From Hydrolagus affinis (taxonomy: Eukaryota), in assembly GCA_012026655.1 (NCBI GenBank), contig JAAILG010001363.1, forward strand, positions 1 through 64,000: DNA of 64,000 nucleotides, read 5' to 3'. The translations under genes and the position numbers were made by a program. Below the pieces are notes generated by a model, which saw nothing but the letters and a program-made list of their open reading frames with translations, ran no database searches and had not been told where the DNA came from. Each line of letters opens with the position of its first letter. Position 1 is the stretch's first letter. Below, in pieces: positions 12,501-25,769 of the stretch.

Positions 12501-15500
12501 AATGACCACTTTTTGAGACTGTGCTAAATCTGTGGCCTTCACCATGGGTTTCCTCATTTTTGAGTCAGTTTACGACCCAAATATTCCATCACACGCTCAC
12601 CTGATCTCTCGGAACTTGAATTTGTGGAGTATTCTTATTAATTTGCTCACTTCTACTCCTACCATCGAACTAACTGAGGGAATGCAGAGCAAGGTCTCAC
12701 AGCCAGCCTATGCTACAGGAGATTATGTGGGTTGTGAGATGCTCATCAGTGAGAAGTTCTTAAAGATTCAATATCAATGTTTTGCCTGTTTAGATGATGC
12801 TTTATTCATTGTGTTTGATCAATGAATTGCCTTTAAAGAATGAGGAAAACCACATGGAAAGCAATCATTTTTCATTATCACTTGACATATAACCAAACAA
12901 ATTAATCCAATCACAAAATACACCTTTTGTATAAATGAGGGGCAGGGAGAATTGCAACAGGTCCCTGAGGAACAGGAAAGTAGAAGAGGAACAATGATGG
13001 GTCAGTAGTGCTTTTGGGATAAATAATCCTTATGGTATTTGACTTTAATTTGGGCCAAAACAAGCATTCATACCTGCGGTGGGTGGAATTCTTCAGCTTT
13101 GTTATGACATGGTATTACCCAAAAAGTTAAGCATCAAAACAGGCCATTTGGCCGAACTAATCCATGTTGATGTTTATACTCCACATGAAACTCCATCACT
13201 CCTAATCCCCACTCCTACAACTGTTGTGGCTTTCACAGTCAAAGTGATCTATTTTTCACACTCCATTCACTCAGATGAATAATTCTGGCCAGAACAGAGC
13301 TGGGAGAATGACTACGTGTCAGTCGTATCATTAATGGGAAGAGAGGTTAGATTAGACCCAACAACTGAGAAATCAAAGCCCAAGTGTGTGAAAACATTAT
13401 CCGAATCCTCCCAATCATCTCTCTGTCTTGCAATCATCCTGGCTTTCTCATTATTATTTTGGGACATACACTGCAAATTTTCTGAAGCAATATATATTGC
13501 AAATGTTCTGAAGTAATATTTTTCTGCCAACAATGTTCATCATTAGATGCAGACCGACACTGCACACCATGTAAATGATAGTGTTTCTCCTGTAGTTAAT
13601 GAATGTAGCCACATTTATCATGCTAATTCACAGAGAAATGAACTGTACTTGATTACCGGGGAGCTCTGTGTTCAATGCATTAAATGTCATTATCAGTGCT
13701 AGGTGTGTGCTTTCAGGCTATAAATATCCTTTTTCTAACAATCTGTTCAGGGTAGAAACGATGTTTGGAATCTGCTTTTTTTTTCTAAAGATTGTTATAC
13801 TGCTGTGAAAGTGCTTAACGGCTCTGTTTTTGTGCAGTAATTTAACGAGTGAGATCTTACAGCCCGCCACTAATGAATCAGATTCACATTTAAAATCGTT
13901 TCTCTGTAGGCAGTCACCCATCATTCCATGTTTGCAGATGGTTGCTTGTCATTCTTGTATTCCAAAGCAAACCCCTCTCAAAAAACGGATTAAAATAAAA
14001 TTGGATCTTTTGAATTTAAAAAAACGACATTAAATATTTACAGAAACTTAAAGAATGAGTTTCTTCCCCACTGCTAGAAATCTCAGTGCTAGCTTCTGGT
14101 ATTTTGCTGCCTATATCAATGGTATCATTAAAACATTGCTGTTCATTGGCATTAATGAACATGGAAAGTAATGAAGTTTCAGTAATTGCGGAAAGGTCTC
14201 GGGCTTCTCCCGTTTGCTTTTGACTCATTGCAAGTGAATCTTGCTTGTTGGGCTCTATTATCCACTTTAATGAAGCTTATATTCTCTGTCACGCAGACAC
14301 TTAGATTTCATGCTGTGGAGCGAAATGCGACTCCCTGCCATAACACCAGCTGCCATTATAAACTATAACTGTGGCTATAGTTATATAGCAATAAAGGAAA
14401 GGGAGAGGAGGGGTTTTCTACTCTTCTGGCCATTCTTGAGTCAGACACACCAGAGAGGCAGAGAGCACACAATTGCCTGTAAAAGTTTTGATTTTGTTAA
14501 TAAGAGAAGAAAATCCTGTAGCCGGTCTTCAGCTTCATGGGGCGCAGGATCGCATTCAGAAATTTGGATAAATTAGCTCTAACACTAGATTGCAACCAGG
14601 GTTTTAGTCCAGTTCCTCTTTATCAATGTTGGAGTTAGGAGAAATATCAAGGCACCCAGTACTAAAACATTGATTTGTTCCCCCCTCTTCACAAGTAAAC
14701 CATCCCACACAAAATAAGCATTGGGATTTAAAACCCAGAGATAGGAAACAGGATTCTTCAAGTGGGAATTCTTAAATCATTAGTCGAACAGACTCATGTG
14801 AATTTGATTTCCAAATAAAATCACATTGGGAAGAGTTTCTGTGAGTCAGTGTGACGCACGTCTGTATTTCTTAAGTAAGGAACTCTGGTCAAAGTCCTTG
14901 ATTAGATACCTCATTAGACTCGGGAGAATCATAAAATAAGTAGGTAATACAATGCGGTTTGTTAACAAATAGGTCCTAGATATGACCTTATGAGATTTTG
15001 GCTAAAGGCTGACGAGTAAGTAAAGGAATTACATGTACTTCAGAAGCCTGAAATTGACAGGTATGGAGATAGCATGGACAGTAATAATCATCCTGTAGTT
15101 TGGTCAAGTCTGAGATGCACTGAGAATTTGCTTTGAACAAATGGTAGCCAAGATTCAGATTTAGCTGAAGGTATTTTGCATTGAATGCAAGGACACAGTT
15201 TGTTATGTGTTTGTGTAGAAAAGATCTGCCAAAAATCCTGCAACTAAACACGGTAACGCAAAGAAATCCTAGCAGAGCCAGATTCTCTCTTTAAACTGTG
15301 AAGCATGCTTTTTCCACCATATAGAACAAATCATCATCCAGATTGAACATACTGATGCATGGCTATACAGTATCACTTATAGTCATGCAGTCATAAGAAG
15401 AAAGAGTAGCTGTTTCTGGTAGATTATGATGAAAAATGATAAGGGTATCTTTTCTGTTGCAACGTTGGCATGAAACAGGGTTTTGTGAAAGAGCAGTTCA

Positions 15501-15760
15501 TTTTTCAAGTGGAAAATCCCATTTTCAAAACCACGGAAATATTGATTTTATTGATCTTTGTTCATACACTAATGCAATTATGCTGCAGAAATTTAATTTT
15601 CGGGTCGATGACCCTACATGTGTAAAATTTTATTGAGTCAAATTGCAAAATTAGATCTCATCACATGAAGCACATTAAAGTGAATTAAAGGACCAGGTCT
15701 TGACACTCTCTGCGATTTTTCATCTTTTGGGCCGAAAGATTATTTCTTTTTTTCTTCCAG

Positions 15761-15961
15761 CGGATTGTTTCGACTCGACTTGTTCAAATCATGGAGTCTG
15801 TATCCACGGGGAATGCCACTGCAGTCCAGGATGGGGAGGTCCCAACTGTGAAAATTCGAAAACCGTCTGCCCCGATCAGTGCTCTGGCCATGGGACATAC
15901 CTTCAGGAGAATGGTTCTTGCATTTGTGATCCACATTGGACAGGCCCAGACTGCTCAGTGG
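15761..15961 (+). CDS. TENM3: Teneurin-3 coding exon, EGF repeats 4-5, 201 nt
   Basis: Acceptor tttcttccag|CGGATT; donor GTGG|gttagt; [19 protein letters not shown]...WTGPDCSV in ORF 15700..15966. Confidence 0.95.
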
Positions 15962-18900
15962 GTTAGTAGACAGAGGATACCTTGCAAATCATCCTATAAG
16001 TGGTGAAATGTTCAGATCCTTCTTCCCCCGAGGGCTAAAGCAGCAGTATACTTACTGAGATACATACAGGCTCATTTGAAACTTGGTGGTGTATGTCATT
16101 GGGTTACCTCAACAAATTGATCTCGGGTTTTAATGATCACTTGATTTTCATGGGCTGTTCCCTCTGTTTAAAAGTATAATTCTGTTCAGGAAATTGTTGT
16201 GCTGTGAAGAACAGAATTTCCTTTGTAGAAACAGCAGAAACGGTTCTGCAAATCATGAACGACACAAGTTTGCATATTTCACCTCAAAAATCTTCCAGTG
16301 GCATGGCTCAAAAATATTGTCACCCTTGAGATTACACGGTGAAATGTGATGTTTGTACAGTATTTATCACCTGGAATGTGTAAAGTTGGACATCTCGCTG
16401 GTTGTCTAACCATTTCTTCCCTTTGCTCCCATCTCCCCCTTGACAACTTTGATTTTCTTCTCACTGTGGAGTCTTTGAGAATCGTGCAATCTTAAAGCAT
16501 CAGGAGGAGACCATTCGGCCAATTGTGCCTTTCCAATTAGACCCACTCACCCTCTCTTTCCCATAGCCTCGCAATTTTTTTTTCATTTTCAAGTGTATAT
16601 CCAATTCCCTTTTGAAAGTTATTTCAGAAGAAGCCAGGGATTTGAGCTTCTGACTCATGTAGCCTTTGACTGCTGTTCAGCAGGATAGTCAGGATTGTCA
16701 GCAGGATGACGATATCCAGCCAGCAAGCAAATTGCAAGTCTAATCCTATGGACCCAGTTTCTCAGATAATAGAGACTGGTGTGGAGGGGGCCAACCTGCA
16801 GCAAACATGTTATGATAAACACACACTAAAATGACTGAATACACCTTTAAAAAGGCATGGTAAGCAGGAAGCCCGGCAGATTAGACTGGGTGACTGACTC
16901 ATTGGAGAAAACCACCAATGTGGCCACATACTCCAAACGCCCTTTTCTGTGCCTTAACATTGTTTGATTCTGTGATGAAGAACCGTCTTTCAAGAATCGC
17001 AAGCTTTCCTGAGTAAATGTAGTGGATCAAACAGGCCAGGAAGGCCTAAGGTGTGAATCATTTTCTGAACTGGGATGTTTTATCTCTGCCAGGTGGCTGG
17101 TTGGGTGCAATTCACTTCAACCATCCCCATAATCAACCAGAGGGCTCTTGATTGCAGTTCACAGAATCCATCCACAATGTTTGTGTGTGTGTATGTGATG
17201 GAGGGGCTATGAGGAAAGGATTCTCTCACTAGACTCACAGTCCTGGTGTATACCTCACAGCCGTATGAGTGAGGTGCCCAAATGACTACCGGTGTGATTT
17301 CAGTAGAAAGTTAGTAAGGCAAAGTCGGGATAGTAAAGACATGGTTGTGAAATGACAATAGATTTGTAATTCTGCCCACTACTTTTCATACTTCATACTC
17401 TACGTAAACATGTCTGCCTTTTAAATCACATGTTTGTGGCATTGACCCTTTAAAGCAACAGCATTCCTTGTTAAGTCACTGCACGCTATTGAAGCTATCA
17501 AAATTCCATTATAGAAATGCCTCTGTGAGTCCAACCTTGATGCTGTGATGCTTTAAGCAGCTTTCAATCATTTCACTTCAGTAAAAGGCAGTAATACAAA
17601 ACAAACCCTAGATTTCTTGTTACCAACAGTCCCCTGTTTTTCGTAACTTTCCAGCAGATTATGGAGGATCAGATATAATCGTCTCTGACCTACTTAAGAT
17701 GATTCCTTTCCATCAATTCCTGTATCTTTCAATTTTGCAACCTTAGTTTCCTCGCCCCTCCCAAGTCTTTGGCTTTTTAGAAGCTGGAATTGTAATGGGA
17801 ACACAGGGAATAGGAGAAGGCCGTTCAGACAGTTGATCAGATGTCATTAGATCTTTGAATCCCAGTGCCTTACCCTTGAATACCCCAGCGGAAACAAAAC
17901 GTCTCAGTAGAAGCTGAATAATCAGTCGAAACAAAATATGTCCCTTTAAAAATGTAACTCCAAGGTCAGATCTGATTTATTTTTAAATTAATTTTTGAAA
18001 TAGGTGAAGAAAAATAAATGCTGTGAAAACCAATTACTGGACTTGAAAAAGTTTACCTTATCCCAACACATTTGATTAATAGAGTTAAAATCAATTAATT
18101 ATAATGTTGCTCAGTCAGGTAACCCTGTGATAAAAGGCTTCAGTTGTGGGGATATTAGGCTGTGCATTGAATGAAAGGCAGGGACTGAGCACGAACAGTG
18201 CAAATTTTCATACAGATGGATAAAATAAATCCTTCACATTGCTTTGTTCTTAATGGATTTCTGGAATGCGTACCTCTGATCAACGTGAGTCCCATTGGTG
18301 ATCTCAGCCCTTTTTGGCTGGTGGCAGGGCCAGACGTCAACACATAGAGATCTCGGAAGAAAACTCACTGTATCAAACTGTTACTTAATTTCCCAGTTTT
18401 TAATTGGCTAATTTCCTGCATTTGTTCTTTCGCCAAATAGTGACAGTGAGTTCTGTGCACAGTCAGCAAACTGTGTGACTCATGCAGCCAACCTCCTGAA
18501 TTGAATAATTCAACAAAAGCAGACTTTCAATGTTTTCTCACAGGCTTATGAGTTTCCCTGTTGAATGTTTTGGGAAAAGTTGAAGAAAAGTTCAAAGTCC
18601 AGTTGTTGTTGGATTTGTTTTACTGGGATTGTCAGACAGAATAAATTGAGTGTATCTTTAGAGAAAGATATCTAAAGATATCTTTATCTTTAAGATAAAG
18701 GGAATAGGGAATGGCTGTTTTTTCTGAAAGTGTTACTTAGAAACTTTCATTTATAAAGCACCCACATTACTGTTGGGTAATGTTTCCGACACTATACAAA
18801 GACAGGATAAAACACTGAGTAAAGGGGAAAAGACAGAGATGGGGCAAGGCAAAAGGGTCAAGAGAGTGATTTTCATATAGGCATAGATTCTGAAGTCTCA

Positions 18901-19255
18901 GACACTGACGGTGGCATGGAAAGGACAGGAGACTCGAGAGCAAACCAAACCGAAGGGTCGAGCAGAGGGGTGGGAGAAGATCAGAGAGCTAAAGGGATGT
19001 TAGAGAATGAAGGGATTTATAGGTGGAGGTGAAGACCTTGAAATCAATGAATGGAACAAGGTATCAATGCTCATGATTGAGCCAGTCAAACCCCTAATTG
19101 GGTATTTATCCCAAGTCAGCACTAATGTGAAAATGGTCTCCGCAGACCCTGATAGCCACAACATAAGAAATGTGACAATAATCCTTGAATATGTTATAGC
19201 TTGTTTCATATCAGGAAGATGAAATCATTTGAAATAAATTTCAAATCATCATTGT

Positions 19256-19564
19256 GGAGTACTGTAGCTCAGTGGTTAAGAGCACTTGCCTTTTAAGCGA
19301 TTCCAAGCAGGGCAAAAACTTGGACAACTTTCCTTACTCCACACGTCTGATAATAGTCCCTCAAAAAAATGGATTATTTCAGTCCACGATTGTTTGTGGG
19401 ACACTGTTGTGCGCAAAGTGTTTTGCCCACAAATCTACTGTCTACTGTAGATGCCTGCTGTAGATGCCTACTGTCAATTTACTTTACGGTATATTCTGTG
19501 AAGCGCTTTGAGATGTTTAGAACACATGAAAAGTGCTATATCAAATGCAAGGATTATTATTATT
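19256..19564 (+). mobile_element. tRNA-headed SINE copy with internal deletion in head and small internal tandem duplication
   Basis: A-box tgtagctcagtggtt; body tgtttgtgggacactgttgtgcgcaaa; tail aaatgcaaggattattattatt; internal repeat ctgtagatgcct x2. Confidence 0.85.
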
Positions 19565-21185
19565 GTGTTTCAAAGTCCTTCACGGGATTTACTGTAAAGT
19601 GGAGTGAATGTTCGTTTTGTGGGCAATGATGCTCTCTTGCTAAATTCTTAAACTGGCGTGATGTTTTTTTAAAAAAGGCTCAAAGAGAGAGAAAAAAATC
19701 CAACCAAGGAGGAAATAATCCAACAAATGAGGCGACAGATGTGAACAGAATTGTTTGCGATGTGATGAGACTGAAGGGCAATTAAGATGAGAGAGGACAG
19801 GCGCATTCGGGACTGGTGGCAAAAAAACTGACCGGTCCAAATCACACAAGGGTAGTCACTTGACTAATTGGCAAGGCCTTCAAACAATAACATCTTTATT
19901 AAGAGGCTCCTTTCAAATCTATCAGGAAAGCAATGGTCGGAACAAGTTAATGGATGCAGTGTTATGAACTCACTTAGCCATCAATTAACTTTATTCATTT
20001 TTCTTTATGTGCTATGATGAAAAGCGATGAAGCGAATCTGCTATTTCTGTGGGAGGGTATCTGGTGCAACTTTAAACAGGTGGACTTGGTAGTAACCATC
20101 GATTGTTGAACTCTGCAGGCATCAGCCCGCAACTGAATGGTGGCTGGAGTCCGCAGGTTTAACGCAGACTAATTCCCCACCAGCAAGCCACTTGAATGAC
20201 GAGCCCTTCCAGCTTGCTCTTATGGAATTGACGCTGCCAAAACATTATTTGATGTTCGGAGAGAAACATGGTTATTAATTAGCCGCCCAATTTCACTCCA
20301 ATTAAATGAACTTTAATTAATAAGTTCCTTGCGAAGATTGACACACACCCCCAGTTTAAGGTGGTGTGTTAAAGGCTGATAAACACCTTTGTGCTAATGA
20401 AAAATTGATTAGATTGATTCGCAGAAGAAACAGGGCTCAGAATAAAAAAAAACACTTTACCTTTCAAAGCCCAGTTAATATTTTGCAGCACAAAGGTTAA
20501 TCAGCTCCTCCAAGGTCCCTTAATCGAAAGCTTGATTCAGGAAGTAGGGAAGTGATTCTATAAAGAAATCATTGAAAGGAGCACAAATGAACAGACAAGT
20601 GTGTCCCAAAGCAACACAGCAGATGGAAACTGATGAAGCTGTAACTAATCCCGTTGGTGTTGGGATAGATTTTCAGATCATTGTTTTTTGCATTAGGAAA
20701 TGCAGCAAGTTTTTCTTTCAGCATAACTTTTGTTTTTCATTGTTTAGTTCGACAGTTGTTAAGCGTTGTTGACTTCTTTGCCTCTTCTCCCAACACATGA
20801 TATGTTTCAGTTAGCGCTGTGCTGTGCATTTAATCACGATGCTTTGTGCACTAGGGTGTTTTTGCCCAACACTGACATCCCTGACCATCAAAGCACTTAT
20901 AGATGTTATCGATGGCCTGAATGTTACTCAGGCTGTTTTTATGTCAGACTCTGATTTAATAGTTTTCCCTTTGTTATGAGGCTACAGAATACTCTGAGTA
21001 TCTTGATATATGCTGTATGTAGGCTTGATATGGGCTCTTTCAGTTGTCAAATTTAAAGGGAAATAGAAATATCTATTCAGAACAAAGCATCATTGGAATT
21101 ATGAAGCAGGATGGGAGGAAAGGCTTACTGCCAGATTGCAGTGGGCTCGATTGTCACCCATGTTTAATGGTGTCGAGTCAATGGC

Positions 21186-21199
21186 ATTGCTATGGTAAC
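21186..21199. promoter_or_regulatory. Candidate RFX X-box
   Basis: ATTGCTATGGTAAC fits GTTRCCATGGYAAC-type consensus with two mismatches and lies in non-repetitive sequence. Confidence 0.35.
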
Positions 21200-22479
21200 G
21201 GCTTAGACGGCTATCAAGACTAGGCTGTCACTCCGCGGGATGCCGTAATACAGGTACTTTATTTTAACTGGATGGCTTCTGGAGCAGTCTGGAAGTGGCT
21301 GCTCCCTTTTCCTCACCCTTAACACAAAGGAATATTAGTCGAGGAGCCGAGCACACGTGTGACTCTTCGCACCTCGGGTGCTAATCCTGCTCTGTGAGAC
21401 AGCTGCTTCAAGCTGTGCAAATGCTCAAAGACTGAACACCAGGGAGAAAGGCTTCTGTCAGCTTTCCCCACTGACAATTGTTGAGAACGCACTGTTCTGA
21501 CATAATTGAAAACCCCACTTAATTTCCATCTGACTGTATAACCATCAGGGGAAGGGCATTGCATTGACTGTCCAGTCTGCAAAACCACAAGTACATGACT
21601 GCTTATATGGCAATGAAATGCAAAGAGCAGAGGCCAGACCCAGGTGAAGAGAGGAACAATTAGAAAAGTTACTCTTCCCCCCCCCACCCCCGGGATACCT
21701 GTCGACTTTGCTGGAAGCCAAGACCAGAGTGCCAGTAGTAAAGAAGACAACTGCTTTCCTGCCTGCTGTTCATCCACAGAATATTGTAATGGTGGGGAGA
21801 GGGTGGAAGCGGAATAAGAGAAAATAAAATAAATTTAAAATGGAGAGGGAAAAGGGGAAATAACTGGATTAAATTCAAAATTCGGAACTGGAGTATTATC
21901 ATTAAATCCTGACCTGCAAGGCAGGATTAGATTGTATAGGCAGCATAACCAATGTTTTCATGGTCAATTTATAGAACTGGATGTAAAGCCGAGTACGGTA
22001 ATGGGCTTCATGTAAATTTTCTGTGACAGCAACTGACTCGAAAGGCGCCTCCAATGGTACAATCTATATTTCCAGAATTGCACATTGTCACATCAAATTC
22101 TAGACAAGTTGTTGTGTAAATTTTCAGCCTGTTAGGATATTTTTTTGGCATTTCGTTCAAAGCTATTTCTATTTCTGTGCTTCTCTCCCAAGTTTACAAA
22201 TTTGCTCATCTGTTTGACCTTCTCGAAAAAAAAATGTAGGCATTAACTTTGTGTAGAAAATAGAAAAGAATGTCACTTGCCATCAATAACAGCAATTTAA
22301 GAGATTGAATCAAAACAATTCGCACAGCTGACTGGACTCTAGAGCTGTGCGAGGGAGAGTGGTGGGGGGTGGGGGTAGAAGATGACAAAAAAGTGTGGTG
22401 TCAAAGATAAGACTCAGAGAACTACCGTTAAGTATCTTCGTAATTTGAATACCATTTTTAAAATTCAATTGCTCTTGAT

Positions 22480-22687
22480 GAGCCCTGATTCTACTCACCC
22501 ACGAGACTGAAGCCTTTAAATCCCTCCATGGTCTTTTCCCCATCCTATCTCTGTTATCTCCTCAAGCCCCACAAACCCGGCTGCTGCCTCCACCCAACCC
22601 CACTGTCCGCTGTCGGGCTTTCAGTGCCTTGGGACGTCCTCCTGACATGAAAGGTGTTATACAAATGTAATTTTGTTGTTGTTGTTG
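22480..22687 (+). mobile_element. L2-type LINE 3' fragment
   Basis: Ends gccttgggacgtcctcctgacatgaaaggtgttatacaaatgtaattttgttgttgttgtt, like copies at 26270, 45740, 47680. Confidence 0.7.
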
Positions 22688-23113
22688 TATCTCCCCCTCC
22701 CCATTCCCGGGAAATCTATCCTGGCTTCCCTTTGACTTACTGCTTCATTCGCTTCCTTGAAAATCCTTAAGGGAGACTTAAGTTTAATGAATTGGTTCCT
22801 GAAAACTCAAACATTATTTGACACCTTATTTGTCAATCCAACATGAAACTCTGCGATTGATCAAGAATAACTTTCGAATTGCTGTGATGGGAGCACTTAG
22901 TAAAGTAATTGAAAATGTTAAATACAATAATTATCTTGAATTTGAGGTCATTTCGAAAATGGAAGATGGACAATGTCTCGATTTACCGCTGTAGAACAGT
23001 TCCATTTCACAGCACCTTACAGCTTCAGTGTCCCACTCGTGAGAAATGCGCTTTGACGGAATTCTGAGCGCACAAGTGAGTGACTGTGCTGCAATTGCAT
23101 TTTTGTCCCACAG

Positions 23114-23299
23114 AAATCTGCACCGTGGATTGCGGAGCCCGCGGAGTTTGCATTGCCGGTAGCTGCCGCTGTGAGGAAGGCTGGGGCGGAACGGGCTGTG
23201 TCCAGAGAGTATGTCACCCCCGCTGCCTGGAGCACGGAACCTGTAAGGATGGCAAATGCGAATGCAACCAAGGCTGGAGCGGCGAACAATGCACCATAG
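23114..23299 (+). CDS. TENM3: Teneurin-3 coding exon, EGF repeats 6-7, 186 nt
   Basis: Acceptor cccacag|AAATCT; donor ATAG|gtaggc; [13 protein letters not shown]...SGEQCTI in ORF 23080..23358. Confidence 0.95.
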   Translation, partial: KSAPWIAEPAEFALPVAAAVRKAGAERAVSREYVTPAAWSTEPVRMANANATKAGAANNAP

Positions 23300-23719
23300 G
23301 TAGGCCCTTGTTGGACAGACGAGGCTCTAACTTTACCCATGGGAATATTATTCCCTAAGAGTACCGAATAGCGTCTGCATCACAGTGGAAAATGTCGGTC
23401 AGGTACCTTCAGCCACTGTTTCTGAACATCGAGGTTGTTTGCATAGAAGGGGGCCCCATTCGACTCATTGTGCCATGATCTGCACATTAGTTTGATTCAA
23501 AAGAGGCATGGGGCAAGAAACTCCTGAGGGAGCTAAGTAGAGTGCCACTGACACGATGTTCAGTTCATTATATCCCACATGGTCTTAAGTCAGTGCACTT
23601 AACAATGAGGAATTTTTCATTGTTTTTCTCCATTCTCCATTCTCTCTCAAACCTTTGTCCAATTCCTGCAAAAGAACCGAATGGTCATCTATTGGATCAA
23701 AGGCTACAGCATAATGTCA

Positions 23720-24129
23720 ACTTGGCTCAGTGAGTCAGAATGCTATGATTTTGAGTCCCGTGCAAGGTATAATAGTCTAGGTTGACACTCCAGCGCTGTG
23801 CTGGGCAATTGCTGCATCGTTTGAGATGTTGTACTTTGGTAAATACATTAAAGCAGGATCCCAAATAGCTATTCAAAAGGAGAAGTGACTCTCTCATGGT
23901 GTCCTGACCAACAAGGAATCAAATAAATTTGGTCATTCACTTCATGACAGTTCATGAGACATTGCTGGTGTGCAAATTGGCTGCCGTACTTCCATATAAA
24001 TATGCAGTCTTTACAGCACACTTTATAGGACACTACAATTTATAGTAAAATCTTGTGAAGCGCTTTGAGTCATCACAATGATGTGAGAGGAGCTTTATCA
24101 AATCCAAGGATTATTATTATTATTATTAT
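23720..24129 (+). mobile_element. Old long-form SINE (DeuSINE/SacSINE1-like)
   Basis: cttggctcagtg...gagtcagaa head, tctaggttgacactccag core, gtgcaaattggctgccg body and (ATT)n tail; family name from recalled consensus. Confidence 0.65.
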
Positions 24130-24204
24130 AACAATCATGCTTCTGAATATTCTTTTAGTCGAAGCTTTACAAGTAGTGTCTAAGCTTGTTACAGTGACTT
24201 ATGG

Positions 24205-24478
24205 TAATGATAATCTTTGCATTTGATATCGCGCTTTTCATGTCTTCTAGACATCTCAAAGTGCTTCATGGAATATAGTGTAAAGCGAATTGACTGTATT
24301 TATGTGTGCGAAACGCGGCAGCCAATTGTCTCGCAAACAGTCGTGGATTGAAATGACCAATTTATTATGGTTTACTTTTATTAGTAAGGAAACTTGCCCA
24401 ATTTTTCACCCTGGGCTGGAAATGAACCCAGGCCTCTCGCTTGTAGGGCGAGCGCTCTAACCACTGAACTACAGGACT
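24205..24478 (-). mobile_element. tRNA-headed SINE, near full length
   Basis: Reverse complement: cctgtagttcagtggttagagcgctcgccctacaagcgagaggcctgggttc...aaatgcaaagattatcatta. Confidence 0.88.
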
Positions 24479-25369
24479 TAGCAAGCTTCCACTTGGGGCT
24501 CATAATATTGTATTTGGTCCACTTATTCTATTCTGTCATCCTACCCACTACGCTGCTGCACCAATTCATGAATATTTCCTCTGAGCAAGCAAACCCTCCA
24601 TTTAAAAATGTGACAAGGTAAGAAAAGAAGGTGGAAATTAAAGAAAAATATGAAGGCTCAAAGATTTGTCAGATACGACTGAAAAGAATGAACAATTAAT
24701 AGCCTTCCTGCAAGTTATTATAACCACATCCATTATCACCATGACCTTTTGAGAACTTTATTTCCTGAGAAGCTTGAAGTATAATTTTTCCCTTAGTCCT
24801 CACTAATGCCTTTTAACAGGCTATCTGTCATTTCTGAATCTCCGAATAAAGTGAAAGTTTCCATATCTTAGGCAACGGTGCAGAAGTATGACTGGAGACC
24901 TCAAGACGGTTAAATCTACTTAAAGGCTCATTTTTGTTATACCCGGCGAATATCCATCCCGAAAAAGACTGCACATCAAGAATGAATGTATGACATTAAG
25001 TCATCGGGTTATAATTGAATGAAATTGTGCATTACTTCACGATTGAATCATTAGAATGTCAAGAGACATTTGGAGTATGTGGGATGTGGCAAAACCATCA
25101 CCGGCAAAATCAGCAAGGGACATTGGGGTCTAATTTGCCTTTTTAATGGAATTCATAAGAAGGAAATGACTCTCATATAAGGATTCCCTCTGGTAGGTAA
25201 GTGGATGTCAATCACACCGACCAGATGGGAATGCACACAAACACCATGTACTGTACTTCCGGAGCAGAGTTCCTGAAGGTCATAAAGGAATTTTAATGGG
25301 AATCTTTAATCCAGGAATTTGTGAGGTTGGACAGTGAACGACCACGGATTGTTGGGCAGTAGTAGTAAA

Positions 25370-25757
25370 AGTAATCGCGGCAATTGATTATGGAGCCGTT
25401 TCACATCAGCAGGACGTTCCAAAGGAACTCACAGAATTTACTGTGAAGTACAGAGACTATTTGTAGGTGAACATGGCAGCAAATTTGCACACAGCAGTTC
25501 CCACATATAGCCATGAAATGAATCATCGATTTTAATTGCCAGATTGTTAGTCAGGATATGAGGAGGAGCTGCCTTCTATTTTCATTTAATGTCCACCTGA
25601 TCAGGCAGATGGGATTGTGGTTGAACATCTCATCCGAAACATGGTACTTCAGACAATGAGGTCCACCTCCAGCGTTGTATCAAAGTGTCATTCTAAGGCT
25701 TGAACCCACAGCCTTCTTACTGATGGGTAAGAAGATGACAATGCTACCAGTTTGCTG
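25370..25757 (-). mobile_element. Old long-form SINE (DeuSINE/SacSINE1-like)
   Basis: atggcagcaaatttgcacacagca, tttaatgtccacctga, ttgaacatctcatccgaaa, cttgaacccacagccttct..tgctacca are reverse complements of the long SINE body, core and head. Confidence 0.65.
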
Positions 25758-25769
25758 TCAGTGTTGATG

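Noticed and set aside
18653-18700. Nested short AT-rich palindromes with GATA/TATC repeats
   Set aside because: Arms of 10 bp or less in low-complexity sequence; plausibly slippage, no functional evidence.
21319-21777. 152-aa minus-strand ORF
   Set aside because: No recognisable domain or exon structure; compatible with chance in an intron.
23017-23340. Antisense and alternative-frame ORFs overlapping teneurin exons (also 6782-7117, 8090-8383, 39641-40020)
   Set aside because: Shadows of GC-richer coding sequence; no independent support.
23300-23358. Read-through of the EGF7 donor (GRPLLDRRG...), resembling the TENM2-type alternative donor extension starting GR
   Set aside because: No in-frame GT donor before the stop at 23356-23358; GR simply follows from the GTAGG donor sequence.
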